Positions 1 through 10,429 are shown, numbered from the stretch's first letter. The stretch is DNA of 64,000 bases from an uncultured Candidatus Saccharibacteria bacterium (GCA_964481135.1 CAYZSW010000001.1:7963-71962); one strand, 5' to 3'. The notes: generated by a model from the letters alone, not told the origin. Translations and numbers: made by a program.

Positions 1-483
1 CTTTTCAGAATAATCATGGCCTGATGGGATGAAGCCAACAGTTGTAATCTTATTTAAAATTTCTTTAGGAAGATTGTAATGACCGCCATTTTCTTTTAAT
101 CCAGCTTGAAAAACTTTTTTAGGCATTACTGTAACATAACTACTAACAAATTCAATAACAGGAAATGGGCTTTTTTCTGGAACAAATAGCCAGTTTGAAT
201 CTAAAGTTAAAATATTATCAGCTTTAGGTTTTTTGGTTATTAAATCATAAACTGTTTTAGAATTGCATAAAAATAAATAGCTAGGATTAATTTTACTGAT
301 TATTTCATCAGCGTTATTTTCTATTAACTGATAATTAAAATTATCTGATTTAACTGCTTTTTCTAATTGAGTAGGAACAATAAATAAACTCTCAATCTTT
401 TGTTTTTCAAGGTACAAAGCAAATGAACTTGCCTGAGCATATTCACCCATACCACTTACCAAAAATAATACTGGTTTTTTCAA
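1..483 (-). CDS. Hypothetical protein, possibly GT-B fold glycosyltransferase (runs off the window edge)
   Basis: Hand-translated: TTG start at 483 after GAGGAGG; MKKPVLFLVSGMGEYAQASSFALYL... is open to position 1. The N-terminal strand-Gly-helix pattern resembles GT-B enzymes; adjacent to galT-like gene. Confidence 0.55.
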   Translation of the reverse strand, partial: MKKPVLFLVSGMGEYAQASSFALYLEKQKIESLFIVPTQLEKAVKSDNFNYQLIENNADEIISKINPSYLFLCNSKTVYDLITKKPKADNILTLDSNWLFVPEKSPFPVIEFVSSYVTVMPKKVFQAGLKENGGHYNLPKEILNKITTVGFIPSGHDYSEK

Positions 484-516
484 GATTAAGTCCTCCTCTT
501 AATAATATTTTACCTA

Positions 517-1533
517 TTATTTTTCCTGTCCTTCCCAAACTTTGGTTTTCTTGGTTTTATCTTTCAAATAATAAGCTGTTTGTTCTGGACTAACTACATT
601 AATAACATTGCCTGAACCCATTTCATAACCACCATAACCTGTAACTCTAGGGGCAATTTCAATATGCCAATGGTAATAATCTGAATTAGTAATAGTATTT
701 GGCGTAGTATGAAAAAAGAAATTTACAGGTGGATCATTTAAAGTTGAATCTAGCTTACCAAAAACATCTATTAGGCATTCTGAAAGACTCAGATATAAAC
801 TTTTAGTTTCATTTTCAAATTTTGAAGCATGGTTTTTTGGCAATATCCAGATCTCAAAAGGAAAACGGGCCGCATAAAATGTAAAAGCAATAAAATTTGA
901 ATTTTCAAAAATAATTCTTTTTTTAAATTTTTGTTCATGTTTAATGAGATCGCAAAAAGCACAACTTCCATTGTGTTCAAAATATTTCTCCGTATGGTGA
1001 ACTTCTTTTGAAATTAAATTGGGAATTATATTTGAGGCAAAAATTTGAGCATGTGGATGCTCAATAGATGCACCTGCCGCCTGATTGTGATTGTAAATTG
1101 GCATTGTATATGCAACATTACAATTTTCATCAAAATATTTATATCTAGCACTAAATGTAAGTAAAAGCTCATACCAGATTTGTCTAGTAAATTTTGGCAT
1201 ATCTATATCGTGATCTTTTATAACAACTACATCATGACCACCCGTAGAAGGACGAGCTCTATAAAAATCATTCTCGACTTTATAAGACCTAATAATATCT
1301 TTTGCCGCAACTTCAATAAATGCTGGGTATTTATTTTCAATAACCCAAATATTTTTTGTATCGAATCGCTTGATTCTTCTTTTGTATTCACTTTTATCAA
1401 TACAGAATGGGCAAGTGCCTTTGTTTTGAGTTTTAATAGTATCTGAAGTAATAAAATCGCTTGGTCGCTTCGCGCGCTCTGGAGCAATAACCACCCAATC
1501 ACCAGTTATTATATTTTGTCTTAGTTCAGGCAC
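517..1533 (-). CDS. galT: Galactose-1-phosphate uridylyltransferase (HIT family)
   Basis: ELRQNIITGDWVVIAPERAKRP, CPFC, ENKYPAF, GASIEHPHAQ, YHWHIEI motifs. Start revised to GTG at 1533 with GGAGGA SD; the longer ORF start (1617) lies in a repeat hairpin. Confidence 0.88.
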   Translation of the reverse strand: MPELRQNIITGDWVVIAPERAKRPSDFITSDTIKTQNKGTCPFCIDKSEYKRRIKRFDTKNIWVIENKYPAFIEVAAKDIIRSYKVENDFYRARPSTGGHDVVVIKDHDIDMPKFTRQIWYELLLTFSARYKYFDENCNVAYTMPIYNHNQAAGASIEHPHAQIFASNIIPNLISKEVHHTEKYFEHNGSCAFCDLIKHEQKFKKRIIFENSNFIAFTFYAARFPFEIWILPKNHASKFENETKSLYLSLSECLIDVFGKLDSTLNDPPVNFFFHTTPNTITNSDYYHWHIEIAPRVTGYGGYEMGSGNVINVVSPEQTAYYLKDKTKKTKVWEGQEK

Positions 1534-1543
1534 AATTTCCTCC

Positions 1544-1652
1544 AAAATTTCGAATTTCGAATATCGAAGTTCGAAACAATTTTCAAAAATTAAATAATTT
1601 ATTATTTGACCATTCAAATTTGTTTCGGTTTTCGGATTTCGTTTTTTCGAAT
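1544..1652. repeat. Empty inverted-repeat cassette, 7-mer CGAAAT(T/C)/TTTCG family
   Basis: tttcgaatttcgaatatcgaagttcgaaacaat ... ttgtttcggttttcggatttcgttttttcgaattt: two complementary arms around an AT-rich loop between the ruvC stop and galT SD. Confidence 0.85.
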
Positions 1653-2369
1653 TTAATACTTATTTGTTTGTAAGTGGGTAAGGCCTATAGCTATAGCATC
1701 TGTCGTATCGTCTTGTTTGGAAAAATGTCCGCACGGTAAATGAAACTTGACCATTTTTTGAATTTGATCTTTTGTCGCTTTACCATATCCTACCACTGCC
1801 TGTTTTACTTGTAAAGGAGTATATTCTGATACTCCTAATTTATGATTTTTTGCACAAACAATAATTACTCCACGAGCTTGTGAAACATTCATGGCAGTTT
1901 TCTGATTTTTAAACCAAAAAAGAGACTCTATTGCAAGTTCTGTAGGTTTATACTTTTTAATTAAATATTCAACTGCTTTATAAATTTCTGTTAATCTGTC
2001 TGGCAAATTTTTTCTTTTTTCTGTTTCAATTAAACCACAATCTCTTAGTTCAATCTCAAAATTCGAGTCTCGATATTCAAAACAATAATCTAAATCCAAA
2101 TTTTTTAATTTTTTAAACTGTTTTTTGTTTTTGTCATTATAATTTTGAACATTCGAATTTGTTTCGTGCTTCGGATTTCGCCCCTCGACCGACTCGGGAC
2201 GATCTGAACCTGTTGAAGATCGGGCTTTAGATTTTACTGGCTTTACAAGGATTGCCCAACCGCATCTTCCATAACCCGGATCTATTGCAAGAATGCGTTG
2301 AAGAGATGTTGAGCTATTCACCTTATTCGCTCGTTGAAGTTGTTGAAATTGTTTTTTTGTAATTTTCAT
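1653..2369 (-). CDS. ruvC: Holliday junction resolvase RuvC with an N-terminal extension and a ~60 aa in-frame insertion
   Basis: RILAIDPGYGRCGW, LAIESLF, EYTPLQVKQAVVGYGKATKDQIQKMV, DDTTDAIAIG; follows yebC as is typical. Confidence 0.92.
   Translation of the reverse strand: MKITKKQFQQLQRANKVNSSTSLQRILAIDPGYGRCGWAILVKPVKSKARSSTGSDRPESVEGRNPKHETNSNVQNYNDKNKKQFKKLKNLDLDYCFEYRDSNFEIELRDCGLIETEKRKNLPDRLTEIYKAVEYLIKKYKPTELAIESLFWFKNQKTAMNVSQARGVIIVCAKNHKLGVSEYTPLQVKQAVVGYGKATKDQIQKMVKFHLPCGHFSKQDDTTDAIAIGLTHLQTNKY
2050..2236. repeat. In-frame CGAAAT-family hairpin cassette inside ruvC, with nested 39-nt REP-like insert (2181-2219)
   Basis: Minus strand reads aaatctaaagcccga[...]cgaaatccgaagcacgaaacaaattcgaa ... 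ttgttttgaatatcgagactcgaattttgagatt. The insert is flanked by a TCG direct repeat at 2178-2180 and 2220-2222. Confidence 0.8.
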
Positions 2370-2465
2370 AATTAAATTTCATTTTATTCTTAATATCTTT
2401 ACAATTTTAATAAACAAAGCGATCCAATAAGTTCAACAAACGGAGTGATTCAACATTTTCAACAT
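2296..2465. repeat. Inverted-repeat cassette, GTTGAA/TTCAAC family, spanning the ruvC start
   Basis: gttgaagagatgttgag...gttgaagttgttgaaa (2296-2348) versus gttcaacaa...ttcaacattttcaacatc (2431-2466). Confidence 0.65.
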
Positions 2466-3170
2466 CTAAAGATCTGCATTTGTATAAACTTCACTAACAT
2501 CATCGAGTTCTTCTAAAGATGTAAGTAATTTAATTACACTTTCTTTTTTGTTTTCATCAAGATTTATATAACTTTTAGGACACATCTGTAATTTAGCAGA
2601 ATCAATTTTTAATGATTTGAATTCAAGTGCTTTTTTTATTTCTGACAATTTTTTAGGTTCTGTATAAACATAAATTATACCATCGTCGATTGAATAATTT
2701 TTGGCACCCGAGTCAATGATAATCATTTCTAAATCATCACCAGCAACAGTTTGACCATCTTTTTTAAATTGAACAACTCCTTCTTGGTCAAACAAATAAC
2801 TGACCGCTCCAGAACTAGCAAGTTTGCCATTATATTTATTTAAAACTGATTTAATTTCCGATAAAGATCTGTTTTTATTATCAGTTAAAACATCGATAAT
2901 TATTCCTATACCTCCAGGACCATATGACTCGTAACTCATTGAGTTTATTTCTTCACCGCCTAATTCTCCAAGACCTCTTTGAAGAGCTCTTTCAATATTT
3001 TCTTTAGGCATATTTGCTTTTTTCGCTTGTTCGATAGCCAAATCTAAATTTTTACTCTCTTTAGCGGCAATTGTTATTGCTCGAGCAAGTTTAGTAAATT
3101 GATTAGATCTTTTTGAGTCTGCAACACCTTTTTTGCGTTTAATTGTTGACCACTTACTATGTCCTGACAT
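2466..3170 (-). CDS. yebC: YebC/PmpR family protein
   Basis: MSGHSKWSTIKRKKG, NMPKENIERA, YESYGPGG, LEELDDVSEVYTN. Confidence 0.95.
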   Translation of the reverse strand: MSGHSKWSTIKRKKGVADSKRSNQFTKLARAITIAAKESKNLDLAIEQAKKANMPKENIERALQRGLGELGGEEINSMSYESYGPGGIGIIIDVLTDNKNRSLSEIKSVLNKYNGKLASSGAVSYLFDQEGVVQFKKDGQTVAGDDLEMIIIDSGAKNYSIDDGIIYVYTEPKKLSEIKKALEFKSLKIDSAKLQMCPKSYINLDENKKESVIKLLTSLEELDDVSEVYTNADL

Positions 3171-3189
3171 AAAATATCCTTATATATAA

Positions 3190-3340
3190 ATTTTCTAATT
3201 GCACCCTGCCTCGACGGCAGGCGGGTAATTGACCTAATTATTCTAAATAAATTTCAATGACTTAAATCCTAATTAGACATTAGAACTCGGTTCTTGTTTA
3301 GGTTAATTAGAATAATTAGGAACTAATTAGGTTAATTAAG
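3190..3340. repeat. Empty inverted-repeat cassette, CTAATT/AATTAG 9-mer family, with nested CCTGCC..GGCAGG palindrome (3203-3226)
   Basis: ttctaattg[..]taattgacctaattattctaaa ... tttaggttaattagaataattaggaactaattaggttaatt; the same family occurs at 49130-49320. Confidence 0.8.
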
Positions 3341-3364
3341 AGTATCTTTAGAATATATTATATT

Positions 3365-4252
3365 TTATTTTCGGGTTTTAGTCCAATATGATTGTCCGTC
3401 AGAAATAATTTTAATAGTTGAATTTGCATCGGTTCTTAAAATTTTACTTCCCTGTTTTGTTAAATTATCTAATAAAATTTGATGCGGGTGACCAAATCTA
3501 TTTTTATCACCTACGCAAATTATTGAAATTTCCGGATTTATAATGTTGATAAATTCTTCTAATACCCCATTTTTTGATCCATGATGTGCAACTTTGTAAA
3601 TTTCTGAATCTAATTCATCTTTAAAAAGTTCGATAATCTCTTTCTGTGCCTCATCTTCAGCGTCTCCCGAAAACAATACATCAAAATCGTAATAACTTAA
3701 TTTACCAACAATCGAAGTGTTATTCAAGTTAGTAACACTTTTATCTTTATATGACGAATTGGGCCAAAAAACTTTAAACTTGGTATGATTATCTAGGTGA
3801 ATTTCATCGCCACTTCTTACAATTTTTGTTGGGATATTTTTTTGGTTTATAATTGTTAGAAATTCTAAATAATCTTTAGATGAAGATGTTGCGTCTGTTA
3901 AAATTACTTGACCAACATCAAATCTTTTAATTACTTCTATCAGCCCACTTACATGGTCAGAATGAGGATGTGTTAATAAAATAAAATCAATTTTTCTATC
4001 ATAAAAAGGCATTGCGTTTGCTAGCTCATATATTACTTTCGAACCAGGTCCTCCGTCTATCAACATATCTATATTATTAATTGTACGAATGTATATTGAA
4101 TCTCCTTGTCCGACATCTAAAAAATAAATGTTTAAATTATTGTCCGGCTTTTCAAATACTAAAGCCCAAACCAAAATAGCAAAAATAAGTAAAAATCCTA
4201 ATATATATTTAGTAATAATATTTTTTTTATTTTTAAATTTATTTTTAATCAT
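3365..4252 (-). CDS. ComEC-type metallo-beta-lactamase fold nuclease (stand-alone)
   Basis: FLDVGQGDS, LIDGG, LTHPHSDH, NNTS, FSGDAE, KVAHHGS, NRFGHPH, RTD motifs. Confidence 0.92.
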   Translation of the reverse strand: MIKNKFKNKKNIITKYILGFLLIFAILVWALVFEKPDNNLNIYFLDVGQGDSIYIRTINNIDMLIDGGPGSKVIYELANAMPFYDRKIDFILLTHPHSDHVSGLIEVIKRFDVGQVILTDATSSSKDYLEFLTIINQKNIPTKIVRSGDEIHLDNHTKFKVFWPNSSYKDKSVTNLNNTSIVGKLSYYDFDVLFSGDAEDEAQKEIIELFKDELDSEIYKVAHHGSKNGVLEEFINIINPEISIICVGDKNRFGHPHQILLDNLTKQGSKILRTDANSTIKIISDGQSYWTKTRK

Positions 4253-5756
4253 ACAAATATTTTTGTTTTAATTTATATTTCTTTTGGAAAAAGTAAATAA
4301 TAAGTACTAAAATTATATAATAGAAACTAATTGCTTGCCACGATGAGAGCGCTATGTTTATTTTTGATATTTGCAACTTAGAAAATTCATTTGTTATATA
4401 TATAATATATTTTAATATAATCCAAACTAAGATTGATATACATTTTGCTATCGTGAAATTTATAAAAGAAAAAATAAGCATCAAAAAGCTCAAAGGAATT
4501 ACTATTGGTAAAGCAGGTAATATTAACAAATTTACAACAGGAGAGATAATACTTATTTGGCCAAAATTTAATATAATAATTGGCATTGTAGCAATCTGAG
4601 CTGAAAATGTAGCGGACAATATATCTCGTAATATTTTTGGAACAAAGTTTAAGTACTTATTAAATAATAAATTAAATAATGGGCTTAGATAAACAATACC
4701 AAGAACTGCTAAAAATGAGAGTTGAAAACCAATATCATAGTGCAAGATAAGTGGATTTTGTAAGACCATCAAAAAAGCAATAAAAACTAAGACATTGACA
4801 ACGCTAGCTTTTCTACCAATTTGTCTTGCAAAAAGAAAAGAACCGGCCAAAATTGAAGCCCTAACAACTGAAGACCTTAACCCAGTCAGAATACAATAAA
4901 AAGATAATCCAGCAATACCTAAAATAAAAACCATTTTTTGGGGCCATCTTTTTGTAAAAATTTGATAATATTTCACTAAAATCGCAATATGTAATCCAGA
5001 AATTGCAATAATATGGGAAGTACCGGTAGCATTAAATGCATCAAGAATATTTTGCGGGATACCTCGTCTTAAACCCAAAATTAAACCATTTAAAAATGAA
5101 GCAAATGGTTCTGGAAGCAATCTCCTAATATTATTCGCAGACCTCGCCTTTATCTTATATATATTATTTAGTAATAAATTACCTCTGTTAATATCTATTA
5201 AGCTGGCTTTTGCATTTTTGACAATATAAAAAATATTATATCTGCTTAAATAATTTTTATAGTCGAAATCTTCAAATTTTTGAGGTTCCTCTATTTCCCC
5301 CTTAAATTGGATTATGTCACCATACTTATATTGAGGATATTTTTCTAAAGTTACTAAAACATTTCTACTAATAATATTATCATTCGCCTCAATTGCATTT
5401 GTGATATTAACTTTTAATTGCGTTTTTGTCTCTTTTTCGTCTGGCTCTTCATAGATAATACCTTCTAATTCAACTTCGCTACCTAACTCAATTTTTGGCG
5501 GTGTAATTTTTATTCTAAACCAATTGTAATATAACAAGCCACTAAAAAAAATTATCCCGCACACAAAAATTATTGTTAGTTCCTTTTGATAAAACGAAAA
5601 TATTAAAAAAACAAATATTAAAATTATACTAAAGACGTAAATTACATCAGTATTATCAATTATTATATATTTACCAAAAAATATTCCTGCAATTAAAATT
5701 AATTCAAAAACAATAAATATTTGCGATTTTGTTATTTTTGATAATTGCTTAAACAT
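4245..5756 (-). CDS. comEC: ComEC/Rec2 competence membrane channel
   Basis: OB-like region with FDYKNYL, GTSHIIAISGLHI, SVVRASI, DIGFQLSFLAV; many TM helices. Confidence 0.92.
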   Translation of the reverse strand: MFKQLSKITKSQIFIVFELILIAGIFFGKYIIIDNTDVIYVFSIILIFVFLIFSFYQKELTIIFVCGIIFFSGLLYYNWFRIKITPPKIELGSEVELEGIIYEEPDEKETKTQLKVNITNAIEANDNIISRNVLVTLEKYPQYKYGDIIQFKGEIEEPQKFEDFDYKNYLSRYNIFYIVKNAKASLIDINRGNLLLNNIYKIKARSANNIRRLLPEPFASFLNGLILGLRRGIPQNILDAFNATGTSHIIAISGLHIAILVKYYQIFTKRWPQKMVFILGIAGLSFYCILTGLRSSVVRASILAGSFLFARQIGRKASVVNVLVFIAFLMVLQNPLILHYDIGFQLSFLAVLGIVYLSPLFNLLFNKYLNFVPKILRDILSATFSAQIATMPIIILNFGQISIISPVVNLLILPALPIVIPLSFLMLIFSFINFTIAKCISILVWIILKYIIYITNEFSKLQISKINIALSSWQAISFYYIILVLIIYFFQKKYKLKQKYLYD

Positions 5757-5805
5757 TGATTTTATTGTATCATATGATTGATTTTGTCAAATAAATCAAA
5801 GACAT

Positions 5806-5832
5806 TTAATCTAGAGTAATCTCTAGAGTTAA
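5806..5832. promoter_or_regulatory. Dyad, candidate operator upstream of grpE and divergent comEC
   Basis: ttaa TCTAGAG taat CTCTAGA g ttaa. Confidence 0.35.
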
Positions 5833-5962
5833 GATCGTGCAACTTGCTACAAGCAATTCAACCAAACAATCTTGCCCAATAAAACTTTAGTAAAAAGAAA
5901 TAAAACAATATTTACGAAAAATAAAGATATTTAATCATTTATTAAAAATTAAAGAGGATTTT

Positions 5963-6451
5963 ATGAAAAAGAAAAATCAAATAAATCATAGTGACGAAGA
6001 ATTAAAAAAACTGAATATGAGAATCGAAGAACTTGAAAACGGATGGAAAAGAACTCAAGCTGATTTTGTAAATTTTCAAAAAAGAACCGAAAAAGAAAAA
6101 ATGGGTTTAATTAAATATGCAAATAAAGAATTGATTTTAGAGCTTTTACCTATCTTAGATAATTTTTCGCGTGCTTTAAATTCTACAAAAATACAAAAGT
6201 CAGACGAATTAAACACATACTCTGAAGGAATAAAACAGATAAAAGAGCAGCTCGAAAGAGTATTGCAAAATAATGGACTAAAAGAAATTCCAGTAAACAC
6301 TGGAGATGAATTTAACCCAGAAATTCATGAAGCTGTAATGACTGAGGAATCTGATAAATTTGAAACTGATAAAATAATTGAAATTATGGAGAACGGCTAC
6401 AAGCTTGGCGATGAGCTAATAAGACCTGTTAAAGTTAAAGTTGCCAAATAA
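5963..6451 (+). CDS. grpE: Nucleotide exchange factor GrpE
   Basis: RTQADFVNFQKR, ELLPILDNFSRA, FNPEIHEAV, GYKLGDELIRPVKVKV; upstream of dnaK. Confidence 0.95.
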   Translation: MKKKNQINHSDEELKKLNMRIEELENGWKRTQADFVNFQKRTEKEKMGLIKYANKELILELLPILDNFSRALNSTKIQKSDELNTYSEGIKQIKEQLERVLQNNGLKEIPVNTGDEFNPEIHEAVMTEESDKFETDKIIEIMENGYKLGDELIRPVKVKVAK

Positions 6452-6549
6452 ATCAGCCATTGAACAACAGGTCTCGCAATATTAATTAAAATAGTTAAAA
6501 AATACTATCTATTTGTATTTAGTAAATTGAAAGATTAATAAACCTTTAA

Positions 6550-6688
6550 TAAACTACCTCCCAGCAAGCTACGAGATATAAATTGAAATAATTTATACGA
6601 AGCAACCTGCCTGCCTGTCTGCTGATAAGGCAGGCAAGGCAGGGCTTCGGGGAATTCACCCACTTGTCCGCCTTTGGCGGATTAAATT
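6550..6688. mobile_element. Non-coding MITE/REP-like composite with nested CCTGCC..GGCAGG palindromes
   Basis: GC-rich island. Shares taaactacctc..gcaagct and gcttcg.ggaattca.ccacttgtccgcctt with 16143-16191; palindrome insert at 6606-6643. Confidence 0.6.
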
Positions 6689-6904
6689 TATTTTTTATAA
6701 ACACAATGTAAAGTTAACTTGACATTTTTTTTACAGTATTTTATAATACAATTACAAATAAAAATATTAATGATGCTAGTCTGCAAATTATACATAAATG
6801 ATCTGAACAAATGATCACAACACGGATATAAAAAATATGATTTAAATATATTCGTGGCAATCAAATAATAATTAGCAGCTTTCGCATTATATTAAGGAGT
6901 TTTT

Positions 6905-8800
6905 ATGTCTAAAGTTATTGGAATTGATTTAGGAACAACTAATTCAGTTGTAGCCGTCATGGAAGGTGGAAAGGCTAAAGTAATCCCAACTGCAGAAGGA
7001 GCTAACACTTGTCCTTCTATTGTTGCAGTTAATAAAAAAGGTGAAAGATTGGTTGGACAGGTAGCAAAAAGGCAATCTATAACAAACCCGGAAAATACAA
7101 TCTTTTCAGTTAAAAGATTTATCGGGCGAAAATTTGATGATGCTGAGTCAAAAAAAGATGAAGAACTTATGCCGTATAAGATGGTAGAGGCTAATGATGG
7201 TTCAATTAAAGTTAAAATGGGAGAAAAAGATTATACTCCACAAGAAATATCTGCTTTTATCTTACAAAAACTTAAAACTGACGCTGAAAGCTATTTAGGA
7301 GAAACGATTACCGATGCAGTTATCACAGTTCCTGCATATTTTAATGATTCTCAAAGAAAAGCTACAAAAGATGCTGGAAAAATTGCCGGACTTGAAGTTA
7401 AAAGAATTATTAATGAACCAACTGCAGCAGCACTTGCTTATGGGCTTGATAAGAAAAAAGAAGGTAAAATTGCAGTGTTCGACTTAGGTGGTGGAACATT
7501 TGATATTACAATTTTAGAAATTGGCGACGGAGTTTTTGAGGTTAAATCAACAAACGGAGACACTCACCTTGGAGGTGATGATTTTGATCAAAAAATTATG
7601 GACTATATTATTGATGAATTTAAAAAATCCGAAGCTATTGATTTAAAGAATGATAAAATGGCAATACAAAGAGTTAAAGAAGCAGCAGAAAAAGCAAAAG
7701 TAGAACTTTCAAGCGCACAAGAAACTGATATTAATTTACCATTTATTACAGCTGATGCGAATGGTCCAAAACATCTAAATATTAAATTAACTCGTCCAAA
7801 GTTGGAACAGCTTGTTGAAGATTTAGTCCAAAAAACCCGTAAACCGTGCGAAAAAGCAATTGATGATGCAAAAATTGATAAAAATGAAATTGTGGAAGTA
7901 ATACTGGTAGGCGGGATGACAAGGATGCCTTTAGTACAACAAACCGTTAAAGACATCTTTGGAAAAGAACCTTCTAAAGGAGTAAACCCTGATGAAGTCG
8001 TAGCGCTCGGTGCCGCAATTCAAGGTGGAGTTCTTTCAGGCGAAGTAAAAGATTTACTTTTACTTGATGTAACACCTTTGTCACTTGGTATTGAAACTCT
8101 TGGTGGAATTTGCACAAAATTAATTGAAAAAAATACAACAATTCCTGCAAATAAAAAACAAATTTTTTCCACAGCAGCAGATAACCAAACTTCGGTTGAA
8201 ATTCATGTTTTGCAGGGTGAAAGAGAAATGGCACAAGACAATAAAACTTTGGGTAGGTTTATGTTAGACGGAATACCTCCAGCTCCTAGAGGGGTACCGC
8301 AAATTGAAGTAAGTTTTGATATAGATGCAAACGGAATATTAAATGTTAAAGCTCAAGATAAAGCCACAGGCAAAGAACAAAAAATTACTATTACTGCATC
8401 AAGCGGACTGTCAGATGAAGAAGTTGAAAAAATGAAAAAAGATGCTGACGCACATCAAGAAGAAGATAAAAAGAAAAAAGAACAAATTGAAACTAAGAAT
8501 AAAGCTGAAAACTTAATTTATACTGCACAAAAAACTTTAAAAGATGCTGGTGATAAAGCTAATCCTGAAGACAAAAGAAAAGTTGAAGATATTATTATGC
8601 AACTGAAAAATGAAATGGAAAAAGACAATATTGAAGAAATCACGAAAAAAACTGACGAGCTTTCAACTGCAATACAAGAAATTGGAACTAAAATGTATCA
8701 ATCTGCAAATAAAGATAAAAAAGAAAACAACAAAAAAGAAAATGAATCAGAAAATAAGGAAAAAGAAAAAGAAGAAAAAAAAGATAGTGAAAAAAAATAA
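6905..8800 (+). CDS. dnaK: Chaperone DnaK (Hsp70)
   Basis: [48 protein letters not shown]. Confidence 0.99.
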   Translation: MSKVIGIDLGTTNSVVAVMEGGKAKVIPTAEGANTCPSIVAVNKKGERLVGQVAKRQSITNPENTIFSVKRFIGRKFDDAESKKDEELMPYKMVEANDGSIKVKMGEKDYTPQEISAFILQKLKTDAESYLGETITDAVITVPAYFNDSQRKATKDAGKIAGLEVKRIINEPTAAALAYGLDKKKEGKIAVFDLGGGTFDITILEIGDGVFEVKSTNGDTHLGGDDFDQKIMDYIIDEFKKSEAIDLKNDKMAIQRVKEAAEKAKVELSSAQETDINLPFITADANGPKHLNIKLTRPKLEQLVEDLVQKTRKPCEKAIDDAKIDKNEIVEVILVGGMTRMPLVQQTVKDIFGKEPSKGVNPDEVVALGAAIQGGVLSGEVKDLLLLDVTPLSLGIETLGGICTKLIEKNTTIPANKKQIFSTAADNQTSVEIHVLQGEREMAQDNKTLGRFMLDGIPPAPRGVPQIEVSFDIDANGILNVKAQDKATGKEQKITITASSGLSDEEVEKMKKDADAHQEEDKKKKEQIETKNKAENLIYTAQKTLKDAGDKANPEDKRKVEDIIMQLKNEMEKDNIEEITKKTDELSTAIQEIGTKMYQSANKDKKENNKKENESENKEKEKEEKKDSEKK

Positions 8801-8857
8801 TTCAAGAATTAACTAATATTAAATTTTGAATTGTATAAAATACTAAATTTGTGATAT

Positions 8858-8892
8858 AGTAATAGTAGCATAAAAAATTTGCTGCTATTACT
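8858..8892 (+). terminator. Hairpin after dnaK, putative terminator
   Basis: agtaatagtagca ... tgctgctattact followed by a T-rich tract. Confidence 0.45.
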
Positions 8893-8956
8893 TTATTATT
8901 AGGGATTTGTTTTAATAATACTGATAAAAACCAATTAAATAATGTAGGGAGGAACT

Positions 8957-9703
8957 GTGGATAAAAAATTTTTGTTAATTGGAATTATAATAAGTTTATT
9001 TTTAATTGTTCCTGGGTGTAATAAAAAAACTGACGAACCAGAACCAATTCCAGCTGAAGAAGCAGTGATAAATCCTGATTTAAATCTAGCAGTATCTAAT
9101 TTAACTATAATTGATCCGGTAACTATTGATACTGTTACTAAACAAAATTATAATTTAGCCCAAGTAAAAGCTCAAGAATGGCAACCAGATGCTGTTTTAG
9201 TTTCCTTTTCAATTAAATTTCCTCAAAATTTAGCTGTTGGACAATCAGACGAAACATTTATTTTTGGATCAGCAAATGATACAAAAAACTGGTGGAGTTT
9301 TTCTATATCGGAAGAAACATCGCGCTACATTAGGGCAATTATTCCTAAAGAAGATTATTTAGGAGTAGATATTAAACCAATTGATAAAAAATTCTGGCAA
9401 CTAAATTATGCTCAAGCATTTCAATTGGCAGAATTAAATGGAGGACAACAATTTAGACAAACTAATCCTAATACATCAATTACGGCTACTTTACATAACA
9501 CTCAACCAAGAGAATGGTTATGGTGGGTTATTGAATACAAATCAGGTGTTAACAAATATGTAATAAAGGTTAATCCATTTGATTCCCAAGTTGTAGATGA
9601 AAGTGGCAACCCTCTTTCTGCAGGAACAACAACTCAAGATTTTAATACTAGCACAACAGATATGCAACAACCGCAAACATATCAAGGACAAACTACCTAT
9701 TAG
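8957..9703 (+). CDS. Putative lipoprotein
   Basis: GTG start with GGAGG SD; hydrophobic N-terminus ending IVPGC (lipobox-like). Confidence 0.7.
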   Translation: MDKKFLLIGIIISLFLIVPGCNKKTDEPEPIPAEEAVINPDLNLAVSNLTIIDPVTIDTVTKQNYNLAQVKAQEWQPDAVLVSFSIKFPQNLAVGQSDETFIFGSANDTKNWWSFSISEETSRYIRAIIPKEDYLGVDIKPIDKKFWQLNYAQAFQLAELNGGQQFRQTNPNTSITATLHNTQPREWLWWVIEYKSGVNKYVIKVNPFDSQVVDESGNPLSAGTTTQDFNTSTTDMQQPQTYQGQTTY

Positions 9704-9796
9704 TTTTTTCTATAAATATTATTCGTTCTAAATTATTAAAAAACTTGTCAAAGTAACTATTTTAAGGTATAATACTATTAAAAATTTAAGGAATTA

Positions 9797-10429
9797 ATGA
9801 GCAAAGATTATTATCAAATTTTAGGCGTAAATAAAAACTCGTCTGCCGAAGAAATTAAAAAAGCTTATCGAAAACTTGCTTTAAAACATCACCCTGATAA
9901 AGGTGGGAATCAAGAAAAATTTAAAGAAATTAACGAAGCATATCAAATACTTTCTAATACTCAAAAACGCGCGCAATACGATCAATTCGGATCAGCTGGA
10001 TTTGAACAAGGTGCGGGTTCTCAAGGCAGTGGTTTTCATCAAGGTTATTATTCTGGCAACATGGATGATATTTTTAGTAATTTTGGAGGTTTTGGCAGAA
10101 CTAGTGATATTTTTGAAGATTTTTTTGGACAAGCTTTTTCGCAAATTCAAGTAGAAATTCCTATTAAACTAACTCAAGCAATATTAGGTACTAAAATACA
10201 ATTTCAGATAGAAAATGGTGAAACAATTGTTCTTGAAATTCCTCCAGGAACCCAAGATGGACAATCATTTAAAATGAGGGGCAAAGGTAGAAAACATCGA
10301 AAAGGAAAAGGAGATTTAATCGCAACCATAAGAGTTGAAATTCCAAAAAAAATTACTCAAGAAGAAAAAAAATTATACGAAAAAATTCGTGAAATTGAAG
10401 AAAAGAAAAAATCTTGGAAATTTTGGTAA
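9797..10429 (+). CDS. Short DnaJ/CbpA-like J-domain protein lacking the zinc finger
   Basis: J domain with HPD motif, G/F-rich linker, one C-terminal DnaJ_C-like segment ([21 protein letters not shown]); no CxxCxGxG repeats. Confidence 0.88.
   Translation: MSKDYYQILGVNKNSSAEEIKKAYRKLALKHHPDKGGNQEKFKEINEAYQILSNTQKRAQYDQFGSAGFEQGAGSQGSGFHQGYYSGNMDDIFSNFGGFGRTSDIFEDFFGQAFSQIQVEIPIKLTQAILGTKIQFQIENGETIVLEIPPGTQDGQSFKMRGKGRKHRKGKGDLIATIRVEIPKKITQEEKKLYEKIREIEEKKKSWKFW

Noticed and set aside
2050-2236. Intein or group I/II intron in ruvC
   Set aside because: Too short; no C/S...HN splice residues and no recognisable intron core.
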